Shown: piece by piece, positions 49,878 through 62,932 of the stretch | Layout of the letters: the number at the start of each line of letters is the position of its first letter | Numbering within the stretch: position 1 is the stretch's first letter | IMG/VR virus record: IMGVR_UViG_3300020576_003639 | Coordinates: 1 to 64,000 of that record | Strand: one strand, 5' to 3' | Origin: a virus | DNA: 64,000 bases | Notes under the pieces: model-generated | Told to the model about the DNA's origin: nothing | Database searches by the model: none | The model's input: only the letters and a program-made list of their open reading frames with translations | Position numbers and translations under genes: made by a program

Positions 49878-50221
49878 TGTCAGAACAATTCAACGATTCA
49901 TTCGAAATAGTCTCCGCTGAGGAGAAACAAAAACAACTAGCTGCGTTATGAGTTCCTCATGACACAGCTAAGTTTGTGGTTAAGCTTCAACAAAGACTTA
50001 TGAAAATGAATGTAAATGAGGATTTTATTGTTGATAAGATTATTGATCTTCTTGACACTACTATCACAACAAATTCATGAGAAACGTATAAGGATGGGAA
50101 GACAAATCTTGAAGCATTAAAATTAGTGCTTCAGATTCTTGGAATGAAATGATTAGGTAATACCACAAATATTGCCTTCTTTTCAGGTACACCTGTTAAT
50201 AATTGAAAACTAGAATATTAA
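49877..50221 (+). CDS. small protein upstream of terminase (terminase small subunit candidate)
   Basis: 114 aa. The call rests on position only. Confidence 0.3.
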
Positions 50222-50222
50222 T

Positions 50223-52286
50223 ATGATCAGTTTATCTGAGTTTACGAATGCACATCTCTCGTATAAATCAAATGAAGATTACAAGAAGTTTCTTGGATCG
50301 TTTGTTGTTGATCGATGAGTACTAAAAAATAGTAAGAAACTATTCTATACTGATGCAGATCTTCAGGTATATGATGTGTTTCGTGTACTTGATGAATCTT
50401 ATTTCAAGAAGTTCAAACCATTTGAATTCAAGAAGATCGAGTTCAACTATGATAAAGGAATGATTAAAGAGTTCTTTGATAACAAACCTTTTACTCTTGA
50501 ACTTCCTATATGTCGAGATGGAAAAGACATCACCGATAACTTCATTCAGCATTTTATCGGTCCTATGGCCAAGGAACGAATGATTGATGATATTCTCTTT
50601 AGTATCATTAAGACCATCTGTTACTCATTATGAGTCTATTACAATGTAAAGACTGGAACAATCTGATTCTGAACTACGAATAGGAAATCAGTTGTAGGAA
50701 AATGAAGCGAAAGAACTTCAGTATCTATTACTGAGATCAATCTCGAAGATGTTCTTCTCGCAGAAATTCGACAGGGATATATCAATCATAAGATTGGCGA
50801 CAAAGATAGACAGTATGCTTATTCTCATATGCTTCGCGCACATGGAAAATTTAAGCTATTCAACTGGGCCAAGAAGGTTACACTTCAATGGACCAAGTAT
50901 AATATCATTGCAGCCTCTCGTACTCAGGGAAAGACATACTTCTGTTCAGAAGTAGCTGCACGAGAACTATTAAAAGAATGAACTGGATTTTGATGAAGAC
51001 CATATAGAGAAATCAAATACTTTGTACCTGATAAAAGTAATATTGGTGATCAGGCCATGACCTATATCGAATCATTACTCGGAGATCTTCTTGAGAAAAA
51101 GATCGATGGTAAGATGGCATTTGAGATTAATCGAGCCAAACAGGTCATTAAGTGTAATATTACCGGGAATATATTCAAGGTAGTATCACTTTATAATCTT
51201 GATCGATGAGATCCTGAACTTGGTAACTCAACTGGTGAAGGTATCGCCTGTGACTTTGCTATCGTAGATGAGGCAGCTCGTATTCCTGATTCATTTTGGA
51301 TATCATTCCATCAGCGTGCTGCATTCGAAACAGATACATTCCTTATCGTTACTACTATCAATAAGGAAACTCCTGTGGATCATTGGTTCTATAGGCTTCT
51401 TATCGATGGGGAAATGGGTAATCCACTTATAACATCATATCGTCTTACAGTAGATGATAACGAAGCCATGAGACAATGAAAGACTGAAGAGCAATTTCAA
51501 GTTCAGCTTGAACAGGTTAAGAATGCACTTCGAGCATGAGGTGATCGTGAGTTCTATGCTAAGGGATATTGTATGATTCTCGAGGAATCAAACATCTTCA
51601 ATACTGGAACATATCTCTCAGCTCCATCTACATCAAGTATAGACTATAATGATCCGAGAATCCTTGGATTCGATCTTGGTAAGCTTACTGATACCTGTGG
51701 ATTAGTGCTTATCAATCTTCGTACTCGTAAGATTGAAATAGCTGATAAGGTACTTAATGCAAGTTATGGTACTCAGCTTCAGTATGCTAAAGAATTCAAG
51801 GAGAAATATAAACATCTTCTTGTTATTTGAGATCGAACCTGAGTAGGGGAAGCAGTATCGGAGCAAGATGTAGAGTGAGTCGTAGATTGTTGGATTAAAT
51901 CTACAGGAGCCGGAGAGCTTTCATATAATAAACAATTCTGATTTTATACCTGTAACAAGGGAAAGATCATTAACACTCTCGCTACTGTATTCAATTCAAA
52001 CATTCTTAAGATATCTTCAGATCTCGGAGATCTTATCGATCAGTTGAACAACTTCGTAAAGATGAAGTCTGCTCGGGGTGAGGTTATTCTCTATAAGGGA
52101 AAATGAAAAAAGAAAGATGATCTTGTATTATCTGCAGCTTACGCAGTGATTTATATGTATCTTATTCTTGGACTAAAGTCCATTGCGGATATCGAAAACT
52201 ATGTAAATGAAACTTGCGAAATGCAAACCTACCAATACAATGATACTCAAGAGTCGGAATCTAATTATCATAACTGATTATACTAA
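50223..52286 (+). CDS. terL: terminase large subunit. The ORF is open from 50223 (688 aa). The core may start at ATG 50829 (486 aa).
   Basis: Walker A IIAASRTQGKTYF, Walker B FAIVDEAARI, nuclease domain ILGFDLGKLTDTCGLVLI. No TAA/TAG between 50223 and 52284. Confidence 0.7.
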
Positions 52287-54301
52287 TGGAAAATAATCTT
52301 ATCACTACTTGAGAAACTACTTTTTCTCCTGAAGATAAAAAACATCTTGATGATGTTAAGCAGGTAATCTATTCCACGATGATGGAATTTCATAATTATG
52401 ATTTCCCAAAATATATTCAGAACTACAAAAAGTATCTTGGCTTTGTGGCTGATCGTATGAAGGATCTTGATCCTTGGCAATCAAATGTTAGCTACCCTCT
52501 TGTAGCATCGACTATCGACACTATGTTCGGTAATCTTTTTGATTTCGGATATGAGTTTGGAATCAATGAATCAAAACTTAAGAAGGCTTGTAATGAGGCT
52601 TTTGATTTCCGAGGATCAGGTAGATCTACTTTTAAAGAAGTTACAAAGGAAGCTCTTATCTGTGGTAAGGCTTATGCAAAAGATTATCTTATCAAAGAAA
52701 CAAAGAAAGATACATTCTTCAATAAAGACATTACTACTGAGATTAAGACTCCATCAATGCATTATGTTTCAGTATTTGATGTGATGTATGATCGATCTCG
52801 AGGATTAACTGAATCACCATTCAAGATCATTCGAACCTTTACTACTGGTGAATCTATTAAGCAGAAAGTTCTTCCGCTTATTCTTCAGTCATATCCTACT
52901 GAAAGACATAAAGAGGTAAGAAAAAAGTTTGATGGTCTTCTTAAAACATATAAAGATAGTCCTGGATCTCGATTTAGTATGTATGATTATAATCCTGTAA
53001 AGTCTCTTACAGCTACTACTCAATACTATAATAGTAAGGCAGGAGATATGAACTATGTTCTTCCTCATTGTGAAAAGAGAGAAGGACTTCTTGCATGATA
53101 TACTGCCGATGGAACCCTCGGACAAAATGCAGAGAAGAATAATTATTTTCTTTCAGCAAATCAGTCAAACTATGAGCTTGTAGAATATACAACTTGTGAT
53201 GAGAAAATTATCTATATCAATGGTAATGTTATCTATAAAGGTCCTAAGCCTTTTTCTATATGAGATATTCATGAAATTAATTACTCAATGATCCCTGGTA
53301 CTGGTAATGCGAATGGTGTAGCAGATGATCTTGGAAATCTTCAAGACATCAATGAGTCTCTTTGGAATGCGTTCATTGATAACATCAAACTTATCCTTGG
53401 ACCTATGTTTGCTGTATCAGGTAATCTTCCTATAGGAAAGAGTGGAACTATTGACTTCAAGAAATTTAAAGCTATTCGTACAAACGGACAATCTTCTATT
53501 GAGAAGATTCAATTAGGTGTCACAGACTTTGCTCCTATCAACTTTATGCAAATGACTGAAGGCCTCGCTGAGAAGCGTTCTGCTACTGGTAACTATATTA
53601 CCGGTGGTGGTGGTTCAATCGAGCGTGTATCAGGCGGTATTGATATGAAGTTCAATCAATATAAATCTAAACTTTCTCCTATCACCGATAGTATCGATCA
53701 GATGATGGGGAACATCGCTCGTAACTGGGTATTCATGTTCTTTAAATTCTATACGAAAGAAGAGCTTGAATCTATGGATATCATAGTTGAAGAAGTTACT
53801 AATCCTGATACCAATGGAGTAGAGAAGTTTGATACCTTCACCGTTAATAAGATTGATATCAGAAAGATTATTGATGAGCGACAAATCACATTTACCTACA
53901 ACTCTCTTGATAAACTTACCAAGGAGAATAGTCGTAAAACAATTATGGAATCTCTTCCTGCTATGCTTCAATATGTTGCAGGTCAGGTGAATATGAAAGA
54001 GCTTATTAAAGTTCTTGCATGACAAGACTTTGATCCAGATCAAATCATCAAAGAGCAAAAAGAACCTGGTGCGTATGGATGAAATGATCAAGTTGCTCTC
54101 GGAGATAATTCTTGATATAATACACAGAAGGGGGAAAGCGATTGGAAGTATGATAAGCCTTATATGAAATGATCAAGTCAATTCATGCCTAAGGCCCCCT
54201 ATAATCCTCAGGATACATGAGCTGAGCCTGCTGCACCTGTAGATCAAACACAATTGTCAGATGAACAATTAATTGCTGAATTATCTAAAGTAACTGCTTA
54301 A
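52286..54301 (+). CDS. portal protein (candidate; 671 aa)
   Basis: Immediately downstream of terL. Three track ORFs in one phase joined via TGA. Acidic, Gly-rich C-terminus. Confidence 0.5.
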
Positions 54302-54308
54302 TCATACT

Positions 54309-54671
54309 ATGAATACATTCATTATCTTTCTGCTAAAGAAAGCCAAAAAATTTATTGACAATCTCTACTACAATAAATACTATATTAACAAGCAGGAACC
54401 ATTAGTTAGAAAAATGTTTCCTTGAATAACACAAGTATCTGAATACAGATTCGTGTGAGATTATCTTAAAGATAAAACCGCTCATGATATTTCCGACCTG
54501 AACAAACTCGTACTGAGTTACTACTGGTGAGAAGTAAACATGGCAACAACAAACAAGAAGTTCGATCGTATCGAACATCTTAACTCCCTGGTCGAATTTA
54601 CGGAAAGTATTTCCGATTATCATTCTGAAGTTCTAATCTCTAACAATACTGAAAATGCCGAATCCAAATAA
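54309..54671 (+). CDS. hypothetical protein
   Basis: 120 aa. Confidence 0.3.
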
Positions 54672-55389
54672 TGATGGTATTCTCTTCTGAGAAGAAGATA
54701 AGTCACCTGCTGAAGTTAAAGCTTCAGATATTACACTATCTAGTGATGATAAGAAGGATGCTCCTGTAGAGGACAAAAAAGAAGAAAAGGTTGAAGCTGA
54801 AACAAAAGTTGAAGATACTACCAAAGATAATGACTCTGATAAAAAAGAGCCTGCAGTCGAGGTAGAAACTAAAGCTCAAGAAGATGCTGAAGACCTAGAT
54901 CTCTCTGATCTATTTGCAGATCTTGATGATACAAAATCTGCCATTGATGATTCTAAAAAGATCATAGATGATATTACCGCTTCAGGTACTATCACTCCTG
55001 ATCAAGCTAAAGAACTTCAAGCTCAGAATGCTATTCTTCGTGATATCAATGATAAGAATGAGAAGACTATTAAACGCCTTCTCAACGACTCAGTTGATAT
55101 CTCTTATAAGAATGCAGAACTCGAAGCATTCGGATGACTATGAACAAATCCAAATGTATTGATTCTTTCTAAGAATCTCGAGAAGGCACAGGCCGGTGAT
55201 GATAAATCTAAATCTAAGGTTATATCAGTTCTGAAAAGTCTGTATGAAGAATTTACTGGTGAGGATCTTGAGAAGTCAAAAGTGTCACAGCAAACAGATT
55301 TACTCGCTGCTGTTGATAGTTACAACTCTTCTTCAAATCCAAACATCAAAACAAAGACTTCAAACGCTATTGAGTGACTCTCAATGTAA
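54655..55389 (+). CDS. scaffolding protein (acidic coiled coil)
   Basis: KKEEKVEAETKVEDTTKDNDSDKKEPAVEVETKAQEDAEDLDLSDLFADLDD... Positioned between portal and major capsid protein. Confidence 0.5.
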
Positions 55390-55413
55390 TTTATATTCTA
55401 TATTTTTTCTATT

Positions 55414-56751
55414 ATGGCTGATGCTGTTGGTACTACTGGTACCGTGGACTGAGTCCTAAATGTCGTTACATCTAAGGGAATCCAAACAATCAACGCTTGG
55501 ATCCGCGATTTTCCTGCCCTCATGTATGTTGGTATGAATCTTCAAAACATGTTCAAAGATGGAGGAACTCTCAAACGAGGTGGTCTTTCATTCGCTGATC
55601 AGCAATCTCTTAAGTTTAAGAATATCGGTTCTCTTGAAGCTGATATGTCAGTAACTAAGAATGAAGTAAAATGGTACGAAGTTGGAGCATTCGCTGATAG
55701 CGCGCTCATTACTGAGGCTAATGCATCTGCAGATACTACTGTTAAGGTAGCACTCGCTGATCTTGATATCTTCAATGTTGGTGACGTTGTTGCTATTCGT
55801 GCTAAGTCAGGAGGTACAACTCCTAATGCTCAAGCAGAAATTTCTTCTATCAATACTAGTACTGGACAGATTACTCTCGATACTGCAGTTGTTACTGCTG
55901 TCGGTGATTCAATCATGTTTGCTTACAACCTTATTACTCATAAGGCTGAAATCGATCGTACTGTAAATGGTACAAATCAAACTCCTGTTACTACTTACTT
56001 CCAAAAGTTTGGTGGTTCAGTTGAATTCGATTCTCAGGATCTCAATGTTACTCGTCTTCTTACAGACGCACAGGAGTATGTTAAGGGTAAATTTGCTGTT
56101 ACGATTAATCTCGCCAACAACACATTCGCTCGAACATTCTACCTTGGTCGTAATATTTCAGGTACTAAGAGTGAGACTCAGGGTCTTGATGCACTCATTA
56201 CTGAGAAGGCAGTTCGTGATGGATCTGCAAATGTAATCATTGACTTTACTGGTGTGACTGTTGCTAAGGATAAGGCTAAACTTCTTGTTAGGACTCTTAA
56301 CGAAGCTTCTTCTGCTCCTGTCTATGTTGGTGGTGAAGTTCCTACAGTTTACTGTAACTACGCATTCATCGATGCTCTCTCTGAGATCCTCTATGATATG
56401 GGTAACTTCTATACTCTTAAGGATAAGGAAATCGAATTTGGGCTTACTCAATATTCTTCTCCTTACTTCAAGAATGTACAGTTCATTGTTGATACTGTCC
56501 TCAATAATCTTGAGCAATATCAGTCAGTTGCTTACGTCTTCCCTAAGCATCTCGTTACATTCAAGACTCCTGAGTACCAATCAGTAAATGAATCTGGTGC
56601 GCTCGTTAAGTCTTCAATGGGTGGATATACAGTTCTTAAGATGCCTCAAACATCTGTAGACTTCGTTAAGTATACTGCACAAATGACTATGGCCAATGTT
56701 TTCGCAGGTCAAACATTCAAGAATACTTATAAAAAGATCATCGGATTCTAG
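55414..56751 (+). CDS. major capsid protein
   Basis: 445 aa after scaffold. Only one TGA, at codon 13. Strong terminator downstream. Confidence 0.6.
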
Positions 56752-56767
56752 TATCTATTCTACTAAA

Positions 56768-56800
56768 GAAACCGCTATAACAAGCGGTTTCTTTTTTTGT
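56768..56800 (+). terminator. rho-independent terminator
   Basis: aaaccgct-ataacaa-gcggttt followed by ctttttttg. Confidence 0.7.
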
Positions 56801-56853
56801 ATTGCTTTTATTATAGAAATACATACACTGCTCTTGTTACTTAATTTAATATT

Positions 56854-57453
56854 ATGACTGCTAAATTAGTCCCAGTAGTATGAGAAGTATATTATTGATA
56901 TACATTTATTAAAGAGCTTGAGAAATATCCATGAGGACATAGACGAGCTCTTGTTCGAGATATATTTTGAAAAGATATCTCTGTTAATCTTAAACGGATG
57001 ATGCGATGAGAATTGAAATGACCAGTACATCATTCTACTACTCATTGAATGCACAAGACTCGATTTTATCATATCTATCAATGAATACTTAAAAGATGTA
57101 GGAATCCTAAAGATGTACATTATCATCGATATGGATGAAGATGAATTCAATGTGAGTGGAATACTTTTGAAGAATTCAAAGATGCTATGTATGAATCATA
57201 TCTTAATACTCGTGATGAACTTACTACGATTGATCGTATGGATAATGATAAAAATTATAATAAAGATAATTGTAGATGGGTTAGTAGATTGATACAGGCA
57301 AATAATAGATCTACATGAATTGATATCCCTGATAAATATAAATGAAAAACAATGGGAGAATTATGTATAGAGAATTGAATAACTAGAAGTGTATTTTCTT
57401 GAAGAAGATTTCGCTGATGGTCATTTGAAGAATGCTTACATTGAAAGAAATAG
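56854..57453 (+). CDS. HNH endonuclease (HGM...RC..P...Y..YGGRGI type) inserted after the major capsid protein gene
   Basis: ...STTHGMHKTRFYHIYQGILKRCRNPKDVHYHRYGGRGIQCEWNTFEEFKDAMYESYLNTRDELTTIDRMDNDKNYNKDNCRWVSRLIQANN. Confidence 0.6.
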
Positions 57454-57504
57454 TTGCATTTCTTCTTATACGAATTATACTGGCTATATAATTAAAATAT
57501 ATTT

Positions 57505-58101
57505 ATGAGCATTACCTACGCACAAATGCAAACTCTCGTAAAGCCATACTTCCTTTCTCGAGGATGAGATGATCTTTGTAATCCTGATAGATTAATGTTT
57601 TATACAAATTCATCTATTCAAGATATTTATAATTTTGATGGAATGTCAGAACGATATATTACCGAGACAATCACTTCTTATGTTGATGAAGGGATTTATC
57701 GTAAATTTGTTTCTACTTATCCTATAGACAAAATGGAAGAAGCATTTGATCAAAATGGATCAGAGCTTAGTCCTACACTTTATATTCCTTGTGCTTGTGA
57801 ACTCAAGTTCCAGGGAAAGAATATTTTTACATCTCAGGATGTAGAAAGTATATCATGTACTTATATCAAGCTTTATGAATGGGCTCAATGGCCTTTAGAT
57901 AAAGATGCTATTATTCCTTTATCAGATAAATACATTCCTGCTCTTACAAAATTTATTTATGATTGGGCTGCACCGATAAATCTTATGGCAGGAGAGTCAG
58001 CTACATTTGACTTTTTCTCTCATGGTATGAATCGTCTTACTACCATTTCTAATAATGATGGTATCACGAATACTTTTAATGTTAAACCTGCAAGAAAATA
58101 A
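57505..58101 (+). CDS. structural protein (head-tail connector/completion candidate)
   Basis: 198 aa. Position only. Confidence 0.35.
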
Positions 58102-59906
58102 TGGATAAATTACCTTTCATGCTTGAAGTCGGTACTCTTAATCAGACATATAATAAGATTAAGAACTGTCGAGTAGTAAAGCCATCTTATGAACTTGATG
58201 GTTCATACAGTACAGAATTCTTCTTAGATAAAAGATTCGGACTCGAGTCTTATTTTGCTGATGCAACTAAGAAGTTTCTTGATTATATTGATGTAAAAAG
58301 CATTAGATACTACTTATATAAAGAAGGATCAAAACATTACATTGGTACTTATGATGGATCATCATTCCATGTAATTACTACTGGATGATTTACAGTAGAT
58401 GCTAACTCCCCAGTTAGACTCGCTACATGAAGGGGGGGGTATGGATCAAGCAAAGGCGTAGGAACTATTGATACAGGCATTGCCCTCGAACAAGATACAT
58501 GATCAACCTTCACTGAACTCCCTGGATATACAGGGGGGTATGTTAAATTTCATTATACTGGATGAGGAACTCCTGTAGCCTGAGATTATATTACTTTCAA
58601 AGATTGAGTTCTCAAAGGAGGAACAAACAAAATTATGAAAGTTGCAGCAGGATATATCTATATCATAGGAACAAATGCTCGTGGATCATTGCCTATGGTA
58701 TGAAATACTTTCGAGGTCTTTTCTTCTATATGAACAACTCTATTACTTGGCCATACTACTTGAGTATCTATGGCAGTATTAAATGGTCATAATGAAGCAA
58801 AGCTTATTAATGTACTTACTACTACTGAGTCAATTATTGATGTACTCAATTTTGATGGAAGTATATTTGCAATGACAGAGACTCATGTCTATTTTTCTCG
58901 AGCGAAGTTTGATGATAATACTCAGTTCTATCCTCTTGATAATTTCCCAGTTGATGGGGGCTACAAGCTTTTTCCAATAGGGAAGGCTATGTTGGTATTC
59001 GGAAGACAGAATAAACTCATAGCAGCGGCAAATGCTACTGGTACGACCATAGGATATGTGATGTACGATGCCAACTATAATGGCGATCTCTATTCAAAGT
59101 ATTCATTCATCTTCGCTGATCAGACTATCTATATGCTTCAGGCTGATAAACAGTTGATGCAAGTAGATCTTGTTCAGAATAATAATACGAGCTTCAATGT
59201 ATCGGTAAAAAATATTCTCACTCAGAATCGTGGGAAGTTTGAAGATCTTTCAGGAGGAGAAGTATTCATTAATATATCTGATCGGTATATTAATTTTCTT
59301 TGGGTTAATGGTGCTGATACTACAAATATTCAGTATGATAAACAATATACTCATTGGATTGAAAATGTATATGTAGGAAAAAAAATATATTCATTTGGAT
59401 CATGAGCAGGAGTTCTTACTGATGGAGCTATCTTCTCTGAAGGAGGATATCTTGATGGCCTTGTAGAATACGCTCAAGAAATAAACTTCTCTATCAATGG
59501 TAATGATCAGATATTTATGCCATACACAGTAAGAACATTATTCTGAATGCTTCCTAACTGGCTTATAGATGTAGCGGAACCAAAATGGATATTTGATATT
59601 GATCTTGAGATAAGTCTCGATCTTGGAGCTAAAATGAAATCAATCAAGAAATCATTGAAGAACTTCAAATTTGATTCAAGACTTGAATCAGTCGCTACAG
59701 GTGATGAGCTTATCTGATTTGATTGAGCTCTCAACGAATGAATCGAATATAATGGTAACATTGCCTCTATTCAAAGTAATATACAGAAAACTTGAAGATA
59801 TACTTATTTTAAATATACTTCTATTAATAGATTCATTATAGGACATAGCTATGTCTTTACTGAAAAAACTAAACCATTTATTAATGAAATGGATCTTAAC
59901 AATTAA
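58101..59906 (+). CDS. tail protein (601 aa; Gly-rich segments encoded largely by TGA)
   Basis: ORFs 58101 and 58770 are in phase. Sequence includes GRGGYGSSKGVGTIDTG...YTGGYVKFHYTGGGTPVAGDY... Confidence 0.5.
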
Positions 59907-59917
59907 TTTTTACTTTT

Positions 59918-61396
59918 ATGTCTAATAATAATGATATATCATTTTGGGATTGAACAAAATATGCCTGAGAACTTATTGCTAATGCAGGTATCTGAGTTTG
60001 AAAATGAGTAGTAGATCTTGCTGATCTATGATGAGATGTCTTAGCATTTTGAACTGATCTTGCTACTAATGCAGCTGCAGATCTAACTGGAAAAGACTGG
60101 CTTAGAACATCATTATCTGCTAATGAATGACTTATGGATATGACATGAGATCATTTAAATAAATGATTTGATCAAATGAAAGATGCAGTAAGAACAAAAA
60201 TTTGAGAAACAAAAGGTTGAAAGTTTTGAGCTGAAGCAGCATGATTTGTTTGAGAACTATTTGCTCCTGCATGAATAATTAATAAATGAGGTAAAGCTAT
60301 CTCTAACTGAGTTGAATGAACTAAAATACTTGTTGGTGAATTAAAGAAAATTCCATGAGCATTTGAAGAAGTTAAAAAATTAATGAGCTCATGAAAAAAA
60401 GCTAGTGATCCTGAAGTTATGCAGCTTATTTCTAAATATGTTCCAACTGAAAGATTCCAAAGAATTCAAGATTATTTGATTTGAAAAGCTGATGATGTCA
60501 TTGATTTTCAATGACTTCCTAAAAATCTTTCATGAGATCAATTATCTGTTATGCAGAATGCTGCTGAAAATTTAAAGAACTGAAAACTTGCTACAGAAGT
60601 AGATTGATTTTTACAACTTCCTCAAGATGTTCAAAAATATATACTTAAAGAAAATGGTGCAATTTCTAGTGTTGCATGAAAAGCAGATGAAGCTACATCA
60701 TCATTTATAAAATGAGGTAAAACTCCTGAAGAATTTAAAGCAGGAAGAGCTGCAAGAATGGAAGAAAGTTCAACAGATAATATGTTTGATTTTCCAAAAT
60801 GAAAAACTGCAGAAGAGTTTACTGCATGAAGGGCAAAGTCATTGCAAGATATTGAAAATGCTTCAGAGGAAGTTCTTACTGATCCTGAATCATTAAACGC
60901 TATTGAAAAATGAAAATCAATTTTATCAAGATATTCACCACAGGCATTAAAGGAGCTATTAGATAAATATCCAAAACTTAAAACATGATCTAAACTTGCT
61001 TTAGCAATTTGATTAAATCATGTTGCAGAGATCTCAAATGAAGATGCTCCAATTGATTCTGGAATAACATTACCTAAAGCTGATGCTAATAATAATAGTA
61101 ATATTAAAAATGATTCTAAAACGGAAGAGCCTAAAACAATTTCAGATAAAAAGAAAGAACTTGAAATCATGAAAGAAAAAAATGCAGGAACACTTAATGC
61201 AAGTACTTCAGTAGTTGATCTTATGAAAATGTTATGAGCAAATTCCACTATGGAAGCTCGTAAGATGTTATATGAAAAGATCACTTCAAAACCATATGAA
61301 GGTACTGCTGAACAAAATATACAACTTAAAGATCTTGTAGAAGAGATGTTTGCAAAATGAACTTTAAGTGATGCAATACAACCTATTAAACGATAA
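59918..61396 (+). CDS. tape-measure-like / tail protein (492 aa; about 36 TGA=Gly)
   Basis: AGIGVGKGVVDLADLGGDVLAFGTDLATNAAADLTGKDW... GxxxG-rich N-terminus, helical Lys/Glu-rich remainder. Confidence 0.45.
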
Positions 61397-61407
61397 CCTT
61401 TCTTTCT

Positions 61408-62931
61408 ATGTGAATCCCTTCATTTCAAGTATCGGTTGATAAGGCACTAGCTTCAGGTAAAAGTCCTGATGCTATGCGCAAGGCTCTTGAAAACAATCCT
61501 AATAATAGTGTTGTTCAAAAAAACGCTCTAGCTTATCTCAATACACTTCACCCTGTTGTAGCAAAACTTCCTGATGCTACAACAGGGGTTTATACTAAAC
61601 AGAATGCAGACAATGTCTGATCATCTATTGGTACAAATAGTATTACAAATCCTAGTAAGCCTAATGATTATTCTATTGGTGAAACCTCATCTACAAACTC
61701 AGGAGTAGATCGTTTAAATGCTACTATGAATCAATATGAAGCTAATGCTAAGAAGACTGCAGCTGATACTGAAGCTAATGCTCGTAAGTTCGGACAAGAG
61801 GCTTCTAATGTTACATCTCAACGAGATGCTGAGAAACTTATTCGTACAGCTAATCAAGAAGCTGAACTCAAAGATATTCAGAATACTCGAAAGACTAATA
61901 TAGATCTTCGTAGAAAAGATGCTGATACTCTTCTTAAGAAACAAGATGAGATCGCAGCTATGAACTCTAACATTGCTATGGCTGATGCAGGTAAGTCAGG
62001 ACTCCAACTCTCTCAAGGAGACCTCACTACAATTCAGAATGATATTATGAGTAAGTATGCTACCAACATAGCCAATGCTATGGACTTCAAGAACAAGACT
62101 AATATGACTCTTGATGAAGCCCTTACGAATACAGGACTTTCTATCTTCTCTAAGCAATCTGAAATAGATACATTCAAGAATGCTATTCAAGATGCTAAGT
62201 ACGCGCCTATCCTTGATGCAATCAATAAAGCTGCAGCAGGTAATCAGAAGGCTATTGATGATGTCAATACTTTTTACCAAACAATGACTCAAAAGAAAGT
62301 TGACTCTGAATTTACTGGAGCAAACATTGAAGAGATCATCTCTACTAAAGAGAAATCATTTCAAGAAGCTTCTGCACAAAAGAAAGAGAATCTTATCGCT
62401 GAAGATCTCAAGGATGTTCCATGAGCAAATTATATTATTTCTCAGATCGCTACAGTTATCAATAGATATCCTGGAAAGAGTAGAACATTTATCATGGGAG
62501 AGCTTGCTAATATGGCTATGGCCAAGAGTGATGCTCAAGCACAGATGATTCAATCTATAGCACAAGGGAAACAGGTCTCATCTGAGATTAAAAAACTTGC
62601 AGATAGTCAGACTGCCAATGCATTAGATTCAGGTACTCAAACAGTTTCAGGTAAAACAACTCAAGAAGGAATTCTTGAAGCAGCCAATCCTGCTAAGGTT
62701 AATAATACAGTAGTTCCATTTGTTCCACCTACACCTACTGGATATCAGTTATCTGATGCTAATAAGATATTTATTAGCAATGCAGTTAAGGCAGGTACAG
62801 CTGTAACTCTTCAAAATGTTAAGAATCTTTTAAAGGAAAGATTAAGTAAAGGGACAATACGACAAGATCAATTTGATGCAGTATCAAATGCAATTGCAGC
62901 ACAGAAACCTATATGGAATACTTTAAAATAA
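61408..62931 (+). CDS. tail protein (coiled-coil, Ala/Gln/Asn-rich; tape-measure or baseplate-hub candidate)
   Basis: 507 aa. ORFs 61726 and 62494 are in phase. Confidence 0.45.
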
Positions 62932-62932
62932 T

